A stretch of DNA of 64,000 bases from Eledone cirrhosa (GCA_964016885.1 OZ024743.1:323702001-323766000), one strand, 5' to 3'; shown: positions 37,256 to 53,716, counted from the first letter of the stretch. The notes: generated from the letters alone by a model not told the origin. A program made the numbers and translations.

Positions 37256-39239
37256 ACTATATATATATATATATATATAGATATAATTTAGCGAGAATCG
37301 CATTTCGGCGGGTAGAAATTAGCGAAACGCAATTTCAATAATGTGCAGGCAAGCGCTCCATGCATATGAAGAGGATAGCAGAGCTATAAACATAAGTTAA
37401 AATGGTCATACATGCTGAGACGATGGTTAAGAAGCTATAGCCACCATAGCCAAAAAAGCGAACAAGCTAAACGAGTCAAACAAAATGAGATATGATTGCA
37501 ATAGTTACCCGGACCCTCGGGGAAGATGTAATACTCCGAAATTTGGGTTTCTGCAACACCTAAATCAATAATACTGTCTGCTTATACAAATAAAAATAAG
37601 CTTTTGGTATAATGGTCGAACAAGGCATCACTTTCTCAACGGTTTTTCTTTTTTTTCATTTTTCGGCGGAATCTCTCAGGTTGTGAAACCCCTATTTTGG
37701 CCAGTGAATTCAGTGTGTGTAGTTATTGCAAAAATTTGCAAAATTAGCACAAAATGAATAAGCTCTCTACCGAGTTGTTTTTAAAATAAACTTAAGCGAT
37801 TAATCGGTCAATAGAACTAACTAAAAAGCCAAAAAAATTAACTGGTTAATCGCTTGACTTTTATAATACAGATATAATTTAGCGAGAATCGCATTTCGGT
37901 GGGTAGAAATTAGCGAAACGCAACTTCAATAATGTGCAGACAAGCGCTCCATGCATATGAAGAGTATAGCAGAGCTATAAATATATATATATATATTATA
38001 GTTGAGACAGTAAACAAAATATATAAACGATTATGTAGAAGCCAGTACGTTAGAATTTACCTCACTTTATCGATCACATAATCGCTATTGTTGTTATTAT
38101 TTCGATGGTAACTGCTCCGTAGTAGTTATGACCTCATCAGACAGCTATTACATGAACATAAATTACTTCAATAAAAATTACTTATGCAGTTTCCATTCTG
38201 TGATATGCCACGGTAGAGTTATTGATGTTGTTTCTTCAAAGCTCTGCTGACATATGATTTAGTTCAAAATCCCTCACGGCATCACTACAATGGGCGTAAA
38301 CAACCCATAGCCATTAGTTCAAGATATTTCCAGCCTTACATCTTCCCTGTTTCCTTGACCACCCCAGTTGCACCAAGATCTGAGAACGTTTACTTCAGTT
38401 ATAAGGGTTTACATGATACTCAGCCTTTGATTGATCAAAAACATGCATTAAGGGACCATTCTGTGGTGGAGGAAGATGATGGTAATTACCATCCAACTAC
38501 AACAACCCAAGCAGCAAAAGCAACAGTTAAAGAGGAGGGTGCAGCCATCGGTATCAATATTATTAGTAGTAGTAATAATAAATGTAGTAGTATTAGTAGC
38601 AGCAAGATCATAGCTAATATATAATATTTAAAAAGGGGTATGCATAAACGAGAATTAAGATTGAAATTAAAAATGATAAAAATAAGAGAAGAAAAATAAG
38701 GAAAAAATTTATGAAAATTTATAAGAATAGAATAAGATGCAAAAACCTAAATAAACAGAAAATGTGAAATATACCGAAATACGATTATGCCAACATCCTA
38801 TATATACATGGAAACAATGAAATTTCATTTCTCTCTCTTAGTACGGCTGATACTTAAATATAAGTATGTATAAGTACATACATATATGTATACAGACGTA
38901 CAGTAGTATGTATATACATACATGCACACATATATATGTACGTATGGGTTTACCGAACATTTATTATAATGTTCAGTTTGTTTGTAAACAAACAGCCCGA
39001 ATTATTAGCCGTACAGTGTTCGGCAACCATCGTTGCGATTTTGTTCAACACTGACAAAGGAACGATGGTAAACCCATACGTACATATATATATGTGTGTG
39101 CATGTATGTATATATATACATACTACTGTACGTCTTTATACATATATGTATGTACATACACACACACATATATATATATAAGTATGTATATGTACAGAGA
39201 TATTTTAAAAATGTTAAATAAATATGTACTATAGTATAA

Positions 39240-40300
39240 ACTCTTAAAGGTGACGAGAAGAAAGGGATTCCAAGAATTAAAGTAGTTAATTAATAGTGTG
39301 TGTTAAGAGAGAAGTATTTTGGTGCTCCTAGTTATTCGGCTCTATGAATGTTGCCAGCCATAAGTCTCATCCAGAAGTATGGGCTTGTTCCATGGGTGGA
39401 ATTTAAAACGGTTATAACTAACTACTATTGATAGTGTAGACCTGACAATTCTCCCCGTCCGATGGGGAGATCTCCCACCCACTTTCGAGTGGGTGAGAGA
39501 TGTCTTCTCTTGTGAAAATGGGTATATTTTTCATTATAATCTCCCCGTTTTGGGGCACTTATTTTCATGGAACTCTCTGTTTGGGTTTTTAGAGGTTGGC
39601 GGGTCTGATAGTGGGTCAAATCCTACTGCATCGTGGACTAATATGTTATGTATCCAGGGAAGGTGGTTGGTTAAATCAGTGGAATGTTGCGAATAATCCA
39701 GAGAGCGTGAGTGTCTATTCTAGCTTTAGTCTGTGTCTTCACGAAAATACCTTTTACTAACATCAGAAAACAGTGTGTTAGGCGTATTAGAGCCTAAGAT
39801 GGCTCCGTGTGGTATGTATAAATAAATACAACGTAAGCTACTTCAGGAGGAGAGCTCTATCTAGGACTTCATAAAAGTGGGGTTACTTTCCATATCGTTT
39901 GAGGAAAGTTTTTGCCCTCATGTGCAAACATGCACCAATGAAGTCCAGCCTACTGTTAATTAGTTGTGGTCCTCCTCTAAGTATCTCAATCAGAAGGAGA
40001 CTGCAAATACCAGTGGCCGAGAGCACCTCACGAACATTAGACCATTCTAAAAGTACGGGTTCTTTGCTAATTTAAGCTTCCAGAGCAGCTCCGAAAGAGC
40101 CGTACTTTTTCGCTTATCAATCTTATTAAAGGAGTAACAGTGATTGTACCATCTGACCTTGGAGCTAGTCGACATTTCTCCTATATATCCATACGTTGGG
40201 AAGGGGGAAGTGACCTTACACTCATAAACCAGATTTTTCACCAAGCATTCCATTCCTCAGCTGGCATTGGTTTGGCCCTAGGTCAGTATTATTTAAGGGA
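39240..40300 (-). mobile_element. decayed Penelope-like element, second family (GIY-YIG fragment)
   Basis: ORF 40047-40253 CLVKNLVYECKV...YGYIGEMSTSSKVRWYNHCYSF...STALSELLWKLK, then LINSRLDFIGACLH; the 3' extent is uncertain. Confidence 0.75.
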
Positions 40301-41242
40301 GAGATGAATATAGGTTACAACATCAGGGGAAACAACTCTAAATATCCTAAGAGTATTAATTCAGATTTAAATAATGATAATAATGAAAATATTGTGTACA
40401 GTGCTCAGGTGCACTACAACTCATCAAAAGTGTATATATAATACATAGGGTAATGTACAAACGCCAGGAAAATGAACAGTGCATGAGTCATGATATACAT
40501 ATGTGTGCATGTGTATGGAAGGGGGACATCAGGTGTAGTTTTGGCGAATTTCGGGATGCATGAGGGTTTTAAAGGATGCAATGTCTCGGCAGCTAACAAC
40601 TGACGCAGGCAGTTTGTTCCATGCTTCAGCAACTCTAAGCGTGAAAAAAATGTTTCCGAAAGTCCTGGGAGTGGTGCTGTTTTCTGACTTTGTAGGCATG
40701 TCCACGTGTGTTAGACACATGGAGATCCAAAAGATGCTCAAGGTTGTTGTTAACGAGATGGTTAATAACTTTGTGGGTGTTTACCAAGTCCATTGCCAGA
40801 CGTCGGAGCTTCAATGAATCCATGCCCAAGGAAGCAAGGCGTTCAGAGTATGGTAGGTGTCTGATGGAGGGTATGCGCTTGGTTGCACGTCTCTGAACAG
40901 TTTCCAGGCGGTCAATGTTCTGAGCAAGATAGGGGTTCCAGACTGATGATGCGAATTCCAAGTGTGGTCGTACCATAGCTGTATACAGCTATAAATAGAT
41001 GGCTGGAGAGCGGCTAACAAAGGTCTTGCTGAGTGATGCCAAGACACCCTCGGCCTTCTTGACAATTTTAGAGATATGCTTTGTCCAACGCAAATCGCTG
41101 CTGACAGTAATGCCCAGGTCACGTTCATAAGAGGACTTCTTGATATCAGTGTTGTGGAGGGAGTATGTGGACGCTGGATTTTCCTCCCAAAATGCATGGT
41201 GGTACACTTGTCCACAGCCAGCTTCAGTTGCCAGTCTGTGAT

Positions 41243-42484
41243 TCATTGCTGCATTGTGTCCAGGTCTGATTGTAGGAAAGAGTTATATATTTCAGGATCT
41301 GTCCTTTTGATTTCAAGGTACAAGTTGATGTCATCTGCATATTTAAGTACTGTAGCATTCTTTAAGTTGGCATCTATGTCATTAATGTATGCAATAAACA
41401 AAAGGGGACCAAGAACAGATCCCTGTGGTACACCAGATGACATCTCATATGGTGAAGAATGCTGTCCTAGAACCGTGACTACCTCTTTTCGGCTGAGAAT
41501 GAAGGATTTCAACCAGTTTAAAAGATCATCCCTCACACCCATTGCAGAGAGTTTCGCCATAAGTCTTTTGTGTGGCACATAATTAAAAGCCTTAGCGAAG
41601 TCAAGGTAAACAACATCCACACATGAGCCGCTGTCAGTGATCCGGGTAATGTGTTCAAGGAACTCGATAAGCTGATCACAGCAGCTGGAGTTAGGGATAA
41701 ATCCAAATTGCGAGGGTTGGATGAGGCATTGAGAGCTCCTGAAGTTCCAAAGTGTTTCTCTGACACAGGATTCCATCAGTTTGGCCATACAGCTAGTAAG
41801 ACTGACTGGACGATAGTTGACAGGTAACGTGCGGTCACCCTTTTTGAACAGGGGAATGACACTGGCAGTTTTCCACTGCTCCGGAGTGGCACCATTGTTG
41901 AGACAGTATTGAAAGAAGAAAGAAAGCTGGTGCAAAAGGAAATCCCCGCCACGTTTGTGAAGTAGGTATGTAACACCATCAAGACCAGGGGAGGCATAGT
42001 TGCACTTATTCTTAAGGTGATGTCGCAGCATTGCAGGTGTAAATTCCATAGTTGTTATGGAATTTGATGTTAGAGATGGTGGAGATGGTGCATTCTGGTT
42101 TTCAACAGTAAAAATGCTTGCATAGCACTCAGCAATGAGTTCTGTGCATTCTTTGGGATCGTCAGTGATCTTGCTTGTGTGGGGATTACGAATAGGACCA
42201 ACTGGAGAGTGAGGTCTCTGCTTTGAATGTACATATTTCCAGAACACCTTACTGTCAGGATCGGTTGCTATGCACTGTTCAAATTCAAGCACTGCCTTTT
42301 TTGTCACTTGCTTGAGATGGTTGGAAGATTTCTTCCGCTTTTTTCTGTTGGCATCTGATTTATGCAGTTTATATTCCCGTTCAACATTCCGACGTTCTTT
42401 CCTGGCAAGTCGGACCACTGAAGTTTCCCAAATTACACTTTTGGGATGGGTTTTTTTTCTGCTTACGTGGCACTGAATCTGCAC
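41243..42484 (-). pseudogene. reverse transcriptase domain of the CR1-type LINE
   Basis: 413-aa ORF with PLFKKGDR...NYRPVSLTS, QFGF, LDFAKAF, PQGSVLGP and YADD; flanked by frameshifts. Confidence 0.9.
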
Positions 42485-43996
42485 ACGCTATCCATATTGA
42501 GTCCAGGATGCTTTGGAGTATAGTGTTCACATCTTCAGAGTTATAGAACTCATGCCAGTTTGGGCGCTGTAGCTCAGTGCAGTACAAGTTCCAATCTGCT
42601 TTCTTCCAATCAAAGCAAGGAGATTGGAGATGGTTCTGGTTTTTGTTGCTGCCCGCAAGAGCCATATTGGCAATGACCATAACATGATCAGAGTCGCCTA
42701 GAGGTTCCTGAGTAGTACAACTGATAACCACTTCAGGAGTAGTTGGTGAAGAGCAGGTTCAAAGTGTTGTCACCTCTTGTTGGAGAGGTGACTACTTGTG
42801 ACTAGTTTGAGCCCAGCACTAGCTCAAGGAAATCGTTTGGACTTTGTGGCCAACGAAAGGTTTCCCAATAGATCTCAGGATGATTGAAGTCACCTGTAAT
42901 AAACACATAAGTTGCTGTTTTCTTGGCAGCAGCTCTGAGGATATCGCAAAGCTGTGTGTCTTGATGGTAGTTTGGGGGGGGAGGGGCGATAAACATCACC
43001 AAGCAGAAGTGTTGACATGGTCATACGTATGTCACAGAAAAAAGCTTCTTGTGATTCGTTCAAATCAACGCAAAGAATTACCGAAAATTTTGAACGTATG
43101 TAGACCATCACACCACCACCACGGCGATTAATGCGGTCCTTGCGGAACAGGTTGTTCCCAGTAATGCTGAAAACCCCCATCACAGAGTAAGGAATGTGCC
43201 CATGTTTCAGTGACTGTGATGAAGTCAGGGTCGATGCTTCTGACGTAGGAGTTAAACAGATGTATCTTGTTGCATAAACTGCGAGCATTTAAGGACAACA
43301 ATTTGTACCCTGCTTGCAGTTTATGATGGTGTGTAGTGAATGGCAGGTTGTTCTGGTTTAGTTTCCCAGAGTTGTTGCAGTTTTTTCATTGCCAGTTATT
43401 GTGGGTAGAGCGCACTCAGACCAGCTGGTATCTCTCTTCCACGTTTCACCAGCCTTAACAAACCTCCAGATCTGCCCATCATCACGCAGACTAAAAATTT
43501 AATGTTGTGCTGAGTTTCGATTCAAGGAAGCTGCAGCACGTAGCTTTGGACGTACATCAGGTGGTAGGCTTGGGCGTGGTCGGAAGGTAATCCGATTTTC
43601 ACGCCCAGCTTTAACAGGGGCCAAATGATATGAAATTGCCTCAGCGGGGTCCGAAAAAGACAGCCTGATGAGTCTGGGTTTTGGACCAAGTCGACCAAGG
43701 CGGAGAGCACCCTTTGGGGGAACACAGCCTGGGTCTTTGGCTGAGCTGACAGCAAATGCCTGAAGATCAGCCTTGTCTTCTGGTACCCCAATGGGAATTA
43801 CTTCATGGGTAGCAGATTCCGTGGTTTTCTCAGTGTGCCCAGATACGGCAAGAGGTACAGGGAGATTCTTTAGGAAGGCATTCCGATAAGACCCCCTCAT
43901 TGTGGGGTCCTACCCGAATGCTTGCTTTTATTCCTGTTACTTCCCTTCTTAAAGCAGAAATCATTTGTTGCAATTCTGCAAAATCTGTACTGGTCG

Positions 43997-44033
43997 ATTG
44001 TTGTTGTTGTTGTTGTTGTTGCTGTTGCTGCCG

Positions 44034-44068
<35 letters not shown>

Positions 44069-44215
44069 ACTGCTGCTGTCGCTGTTGTTGTTGCTGTTAT
44101 TGTTGCTGTTATTGTTGCTGTTGTTGATGATGATGATGATGATGATGATGATGCTGTTCAGTAACAATGGTAGAGGAAGATACAGTCATCGGTTTTGTTG
44201 TTGTTGTTGTTGTTT
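43997..44215. repeat. (TTG/CTG/ATG)n trinucleotide repeat inside LINE ORF1
   Basis: Read directly. Confidence 0.9.
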
Positions 44216-44753
44216 TTCAATAACATTGTTGGGGGCTGGCATACAGGCCAGGCACTGAAAGGACCAAGATTTTAGCTGGACCATCTCCCAGAGTCCATCC
44301 ATCATAGCAATATGATGTCTCTTTTTGGGGCCTGCGATCCCCCGGAAGCCTGTGGCGCGTTGAAGGCAGACAGAGATGCGACAGATTCCACATTCGACCC
44401 AGCGATTACGGAACGGGTTTTCGGGTTCCGTACAAATATGGCAGGTGTGATTTTCTGGGCAATGTTCTATTTTGGAACATCAACCAGTTTTGTCGCATAC
44501 TTCATCCATGGATATCACCATGGTAATTTTGTTATTTCTGCCCATCCGTAGAAAAACACAGAATGTAAACAATATAGGTTTAGCACACTTGATTTATACA
44601 CAAACATTGAGTATTAGATATTTATATAGATATATCGAGAGATAGACTGATGGATGAATAGATAGATAAATAGGTAGATTGATAGAAAGTTATACAGATA
44701 GACAGATAGATTGATTGATAAAAAGACAGACAGTTATGTAGATAGATGGACAT

Positions 44754-44813
<60 letters not shown>

Positions 44814-45001
44814 CGAAGGAAATGTGGTAAGGAACAAGGTGGACCATAACGCACCAAAGTACTCAATACTTAGGGTAGTAGAGTGGGTAATAGGAACGAG
44901 TAGGACCCCGACGGCTGAGCTCTAGACGGCTAATTCTGGACTACTAGTCCAGAATTAGCCGTCGAAACGGCTTGAGCTTAGCCGTCGGGGTCCTACTCGT
45001 T

Positions 45002-45065
<64 letters not shown>

Positions 45066-45209
45066 TGTGTGTGTGTATACAGAGAGCGGAAAAGTGATTG
45101 ACAGTTGTTTGATAAATATTTAGATAGGTGGAAAGAAGGATAAAATGGTTGGCGAAGAGAGCGATAGCTAGGTAATAAATTACATCAGGGGAAATAACTC
45201 TTCTTTTTA

Positions 45210-45660
45210 TTTTTCTTCTTCTTCTTCTTGAGAGGGTCATGGGGGTATAGTCCTCAAACACTCCTTCGAGCGGGTTCTGTCAGAAGCAACTGTCTCCATC
45301 TGATCGGGCTGGATCCCCAAGAAAGACCAGCCAAGCTTATGGATGTTATCCAACCACCTTGCTCGGAGTATACCCCTGGGTCCGTAAAACCTATCCATTT
45401 CTTTCATGAGACATTTAACTACATGCCCATTGTATCGGAGCTGTGTTCTCCTAATTCGGAGATGTAGAGGCTCTACCTGGAGCGACTATCTGATCTCCGA
45501 GCTGCGCACTCTATCGAGTAACGTTACTCCAAAGACCCTTTGGAGGAACCCCATTTCGGTCACTTGTGTTCGTGATCGTATTCTTTCCGTCATTACCCAA
45601 GATTCATGACCACAGGTAAGGGCTGGCACGAATACCGAATTGATAATGAGTCTAAATATC
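45210..45660 (-). mobile_element. RTE-type LINE 3' fragment with (GAA)n tail
   Basis: SVFVPALTCGHESWVMTERIRSRTQVTEMGFLQRVFGVTLLDRVRSSEIR. Confidence 0.8.
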
Positions 45661-46335
45661 CTAAACAATATCGAATGCTTAAAGTCTTCATTGTCTAACT
45701 GAAACATTAAAAAAATAAATTCAAATTTACTTCGGTTTGTTTTCGGCACGTAGATTCAAGGGACGCAACTCAATCAAGGGAGATAATTCAATTTGTTTCT
45801 ATAATATTAAAATAGTACTTGGTGACTGTCACGCTGCCAATTAAAACATTATAAGTTTTATTTGATATTAGCTGGCCGCGTACCGTCAAACATGATGGCC
45901 AATTGTAATATATATACATAATATATATATATATAAAAGAGATGTTTGTTTGTTGATTGGTTCCTTCGCGTTCACTTACACAAGTGATACAAGGACACAG
46001 TCAATGTGTGTAACCAAACCGCTACACATACACACACGCAAGTGTGACGAATCTTAAAACGCTGGACTCACCGCCTCCTTCCTCAGTCATCACATAGATG
46101 TGTGTGAATGTAATAATTATTTTTCTAAGTGTGTCTGTTTATGCATATGTATGTGCAGATGCGTATGTGATTGTAATCCTACTGTCTATGTATCTTTCTA
46201 AATAAACACACACAAACACATATACACAGCCAACGTGTGTAGCCAATTCTCTATACATATTGACACACACAGGTGTAGCGAATATTAGATGCTGCCACCT
46301 CTTCCCTCCCCAGTCGACGTTATTAGCCCTTCCTG

Positions 46336-46523
46336 GGCGGTGGATTGGCAATAACGGTAGAGGGTCGGGCGCCATGCTTTGAAGCATAAAGTTACCTCCC
46401 TTTATGATCTGAGTTCAAATCCCGCCGAGGTTAACTTTGCCTTTCATCCTTACGGGGTCGATAAAATAAAGTACCAGTAATGCACTGGGTAATTGCTGGC
46501 CTTGTGCCAAAAGTAGAAACAGT
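46336..46523 (+). mobile_element. family A SINE with target-site duplication
   Basis: GTTATTAGCCCTTCCT on both sides. Confidence 0.85.
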
Positions 46524-46704
46524 TATTAGCCCTTCCTTCCTCAGTCATCTCTAGTGTGTGACGCACAAATACACAAGGATATTATATATTAGTAGATAGA
46601 TACCAAAACATATTTTGCTTCTATTACACGTATACTTTCAATTAAATATTCTGGATTGTGTAATTTATTTATTTATTTATTTTACATGTATCGAAAATAA
46701 ATGC

Positions 46705-46870
46705 TGAATACTTGTTAAAATTAGTTTTTGGAAACATTAAACTAGGGGTCTCAAGCACGTTGCCCACAAACTACTTTACTATGGCCCTGAATACTTGTTA
46801 AAATTAGGTTTTGGAAACATTAAACTAGGGGTCTCAAGCACGCTGCCCACAAACTACTTTACTATGGCCC
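46705..46870. repeat. 83-bp direct tandem duplication that includes a probable hAT-MITE end (TAGGGGTCTCAA)
   Basis: 46705-46787 is nearly identical to 46788-46870. Confidence 0.75.
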
Positions 46871-47169
46871 GCAGCAGAATAAAGGAAAATTTGAAATGGA
46901 GAACTTGTTTCCCTACATTTTGTACTAACTCACATATCCTACTTACTATCATATGTGTATTCATGTTGATGGAAATAGCAACCTATCAATTGTATTTCAG
47001 GGTAGCTTTATAACTGGTGGAAATTATGCCGCCCTCCTCCTATTTTAATTTTGGCCCACTTAGCCTCTTCCCCAGGACGTAATGGCTCTTTTGAGTTCCT
47101 GTGTTTGAGACACCTGCTTTATATGAAATTAAACAATTGTAATTAAGATACTTCGCAGGTTTGTGAATG

Positions 47170-48886
47170 TACCAGATTGATGACTGGCGTGAATAAGACC
47201 ACCAAAACTGCAATATGGTGAGAGATACAAAAAAGAATCATACCACATCGTCCTTCATGCGGGCTAACAAGGGATACATTCAGGCTTTAGGTAGAGGAGC
47301 CTGTTCGAAAAATATATTGCAGTCTCCATTTCATGCCATAAAAACTGGCGATGGACCTGCAACCTGTCCTGGGAGCCATGTGATGGAAGCACAAAGATTG
47401 CATATCCCAAGACCCCAAAAAGGGTTCGGAAAGGAGTAAACCTTGACAATTGAAATCTGGGACATCACATCTCTTATGGGTAAGGAGTAGGAACTAGTGG
47501 AGGAGGCCAGATGCTACTAACTAGATATAGTCAGGGTTTCTTCAACAAAGTTCTGTGGCTACGATACTGTAGATTTGGATGGAGGATGGAAACTATTGAG
47601 GTGTGGCGCCAGAAATGACTGCACATGCAGGAGTGGGGACACTCACAAGCCCCCGGCTGTCAGAATATGTTATAGACTGGATACCATTACGTATTGCCTC
47701 TTGAAGCTTAGGCTGAAAGATAGGTCTCTGTGGGTCGTGCTAGTTTATGCACCAAACAATGAGTTTGAATACAGATCCTTCCTTGATGAAGTCACTGCAG
47801 TGTTAGATGTAGTTACAGCTGGGTCATGTTTTCTAATAGGAGACTTCAATGCATATGTTGGCACTGACCACCTGACATGGAAAGGAGTGATTGGGAGGAA
47901 CAGTAATCCTGATCTAAATATGAATGAATGAACTCCACCAATGGTGCGTATTGTCACCTCTCCTGTTCATTATTTTCATGAACATGATTGACAATCGCAG
48001 CTGGGTTAGAAGTGGTATCACGATTGGCAGGTATAGAATCAGTCAACTAGAATTTACAGATGACATGGTGTTACTTAACTCAACAGAAGGTGATCTCTGA
48101 CTTGCATTTGATAGGTTTAATTCCATGTGCTGCATGGCTGCTATGAAAACCGAGACACTCGTCCTCTCAAGGAAGCCTGTGTAGTGCACTCTATATGTGA
48201 ATGGAGTTCCACTGAAGCATGTTGAGAAGTTTAAGTATCTCAGGGCCATGATCACGAGTGATGGGTGGCAGGAGGCTGAATTAAGTACAAGAATTGCAGG
48301 AATGATGCAGTAATGTGTCAGCTTCAGCATTCAGTAATAAGAAGGGAGGTAGGTGTAAAAGCCAAACTCACTATCTTTAATTCGTTATTTGTGCCAACCC
48401 TTACCTATGGTCATGAATCTTGGGTAATGACTGAAATAATATGATTGCAAATACAAGCAGCTGAAATGGAGTTCTTCTGGAGCGTTTTTGGAATAATTTT
48501 ACTTGATGGTTTGCATAGCTCGGAGATCAGAGAGTCACTCCAGGTAGAGCCACTACTTCTCTGAATTAAGAGATCACAGCTCCGATACTAAGGGCCTGTG
48601 GTTAACATGTCTCAGGAAAGAATTGCTAGATAGATTTTAGGGGAAAAAACCAACTGACAGGAGACCTGAGGGTAGACCCCGAGCAAGATGGTTGGATAAC
48701 ATCCATGAGCTTGGCTGGTCACGCTTGGGGATCCAGCTGGATCAGTTGGAGATGGTTGCTTCTGACAGGACCCATTGGAAGGTGTGATTGATGACTCTGC
48801 CCCTATGATCTTCTCAGGAAGAAGAAGAAGAAGAAGAAGAAGAAGAAGAAGAAGAAGAAGAAGAAGAAGAAGAAGAAGAAGAAGAA
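47170..48886 (+). mobile_element. decayed, internally deleted RTE-type LINE with (GAA)n tail
   Basis: APE remnant VLVYAPNN...LIGDFNAYVG; RT C-terminal remnant FTDDMVLL...VEKFKYL...PTLTYGHESW; most of the RT is missing near 47940. Confidence 0.8.
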
Positions 48887-50236
48887 ATTATATAATGTTT
48901 ATGCTTTGTAAAAAGAACCAATAACTAAAAATGATACTGAAAGAAGAGAAAAGAAAGAAAAAATTGAGAGAAAACACACTCAATTATATACTATAACAGG
49001 AAATGTTAGTGTTACCCTCTGAATATTTTTGCGAGTAATATCCTGGCTAGGTTGCTGGAAGAGTCAACCACCCTTACCAGTATTACTTGATACCTTAGTA
49101 AGGCAAGCTGCCAATAATGATAAAAGTCTCATTGTCTGTAGTCCAGCTTCCTCAAACCTCTTGAATGTAACAGGCTGTCAAAAATAGTTTACTGATAAAT
49201 CACAGCATTTCTGTAGTTTGCACAGGGGGAGGGGAACGGTGTTATCACATGCATGCATGTCGCTCTATGATGAGGTCGCCACACACTTCAAATATATACA
49301 TACACACACACATACACAGAGAATATCACAGGTAATTTTCTACCTCTGCATGGTCATTCCACCTGCTAAACATAGCACCCAAATACCCTTAAAAGAGGAT
49401 TTTTTTTTTGAAATCATGTTTGATAGTGTTTTCCACTGCCTTTAAAAAAAGATGGGATGGTCGAGGATGGAATGGCTATGTTAATAGGTCTGCTTGATGA
49501 AGACTGGCCTGGGGCTAAAAAAAACAACAGCCTACTGCTAAAGTATTGAAAACATGAGTGCTGGAGGGCAAAGGCAGTAGAGTGCTAGACAAAATACTTT
49601 CTGATATTTAGATGTGCGCTGAAGAAAGGCCATAAAGCATTCTATCCAATTTTCAGTCTATCACACCATATAATAAAGATATGGGTACCAGAGGTGTCTC
49701 TAACTGTCAGGTACTGAGGACACACCACTTAATATGTCATTGATAGGTCGGCCATGGTCCAGTAGTTCTATAATCAAGGACATTCCAGCTATGACCACCC
49801 ATATGTTTGTATATTTGGGACATTGCCCAAGGTGTCTTTTCTTTTTTAAAGACAAGCAGCTTTGTATTTGAGGGAGATTTGGTTACATTTTTTAGCAATT
49901 CAAGCAATCACATTTGACCTGGTAGAAACAGCAGTTCCTCAAATCATATCATACAATGTGAAAAATATACAGGACATATTGAATCATATAATCTTAGATA
50001 TACCAATTTTGCAAGATTCTCAGTGTGAAATTGTGTTGAAAATGTTATTATTATATAAAACATAATTTGAATGATGATGAAGACTGTGCAAAGACCATTG
50101 TCATCATCAGTCAAATTATGTTTCACTGAACCAATCTTCCACCAGAAATGTTCAGAACAAGAGGTGTTTGTTATCAGATAACCTTCTGGGATATCTGCTC
50201 ATAAATATGTATATACATATATATCCATGTATTTAT

Positions 50237-50341
<105 letters not shown>

Positions 50342-50546
50342 GACAAGGTCAGCCGACCAGACACTGCCCACAACAGGACAACGCCCACAAAAGGACAACC
50401 CGTCTAACTCATGCTAGCGTGGAAGAACAGATGTAAAACGGTGATGATGATGATGATATATATGTAAATACATACATGTATCTAAGTGTGTGTATATATA
50501 ATATTTATCTCTCTCTCTATATATATATACACACACACATACTTAG

Positions 50547-50578
<32 letters not shown>

Positions 50579-50583
50579 TATAT

Positions 50584-53012
<2,429 letters not shown>

Positions 53013-53060
53013 TCATCATCATCATTTTACATCCGCTTTTCCCTGCTTATATATATATAT

Positions 53061-53515
53061 GAAGGTGTATTGCTTAGTGGTTAGAACATTGGGCTTGCAA
53101 TCGAAAGGTTGTGAGTTCAATTCTCTGACCAGGTAATGTGTTGTTTCCTTGAGCAAGACACTTTATTTCACATTGCTCCAGTTTACTCAGCTGTAGAAAT
53201 GAGATGATAGGACTGGGGTCCCTATCATTCCACTGCAAAGTGGTCGTGGAGATGCCACGGCAAAAAAGCACCCATCCCACACTGTAAAGTGGACGTGTCG
53301 GGCCACAGAAAAAAATAAAAGCACCCAGCACTCACTGTAAATGAGGTTGGTGTTAGGAAGGGCATCCAGCTGTAGAAATCAAGCCAGAATCAGTTCCTGT
53401 ATGAGCAAGACATGGTCAGCCGACCGGACACTGCCCACAACAGGACAACCCGTCTAACCCATGCTAGCGTGGAAAAACGGACGCAAAACGGTGATGATCA
53501 TCATGATGATGATGA
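53061..53515 (+). mobile_element. family B SINE: tRNA head, CORE-like centre and RTE-derived tail
   Basis: A/B boxes, ccttgagcaagacactt, then gttggtgttaggaagggcatccagctgtagaaa as in the RTE 3' UTR, ending (GAT)n; near-identical copy at 58245-58635 (minus). Confidence 0.8.
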
Positions 53516-53667
53516 TATATATATATATATATAATAAATGTAATCTGAGTTTTTCGAATATTAATAATAATATTCGATTCGTTTGCAATTATGCAAATAA
53601 CCTCTTTTATAAGTCATGTCAGTAGAATGAGCCCCTCATTCTCGCCCTTGTGTTGGCATGGAAACAG

Positions 53668-53716
53668 AACTGCAGACACTAATGTTTCTGGATGATTCCC
53701 CTTCATCAGTGCAGTT
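53668..53716 (-). ncRNA. type I hammerhead ribozyme motif
   Basis: AACUGCA-CUGAUGA-aggggaaucaucca-GAAACA uuag U-GUC-UGCAGUU; 7-bp stem I and GUC triplet; stem II is weak. Confidence 0.72.

Larger units (their letters stand above)
40365..44590 (-). mobile_element. near full-length decayed CR1/L2-clade LINE (ORF1, APE endonuclease, RT)
   Basis: APE motifs (RKDRINRRGGGVMVYIR, ITGDFNHP, LGDSDH); RT motifs (VVYLDFAKAF, SGVPQGSVLGPLLF, YADD); CR1-type C-terminus (VRPHLEFASSVWNP, VQRRATK, NTRGHAYK, WNKLP); multiple frameshifts and stops. Confidence 0.92.

Noticed and set aside
38060-38155. Minus-strand CUGAUGA...GAAAU with plausible stem II
   Set aside because: No consistent stem I and NUH in type I topology; a type III reading needs a loopless stem I
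38355-38624. 89-aa ORF
   Set aside because: No recognisable domain, low-complexity end and no convincing splice context
43900-44258. Poly-Cys, poly-Val and poly-Leu ORFs on the + strand
   Set aside because: Antisense reading of the trinucleotide repeat in LINE ORF1
53061-53130. tRNA-like sequences here and at other SINE heads
   Set aside because: A/B boxes run straight into SINE bodies; no complete cloverleaf or acceptor stem
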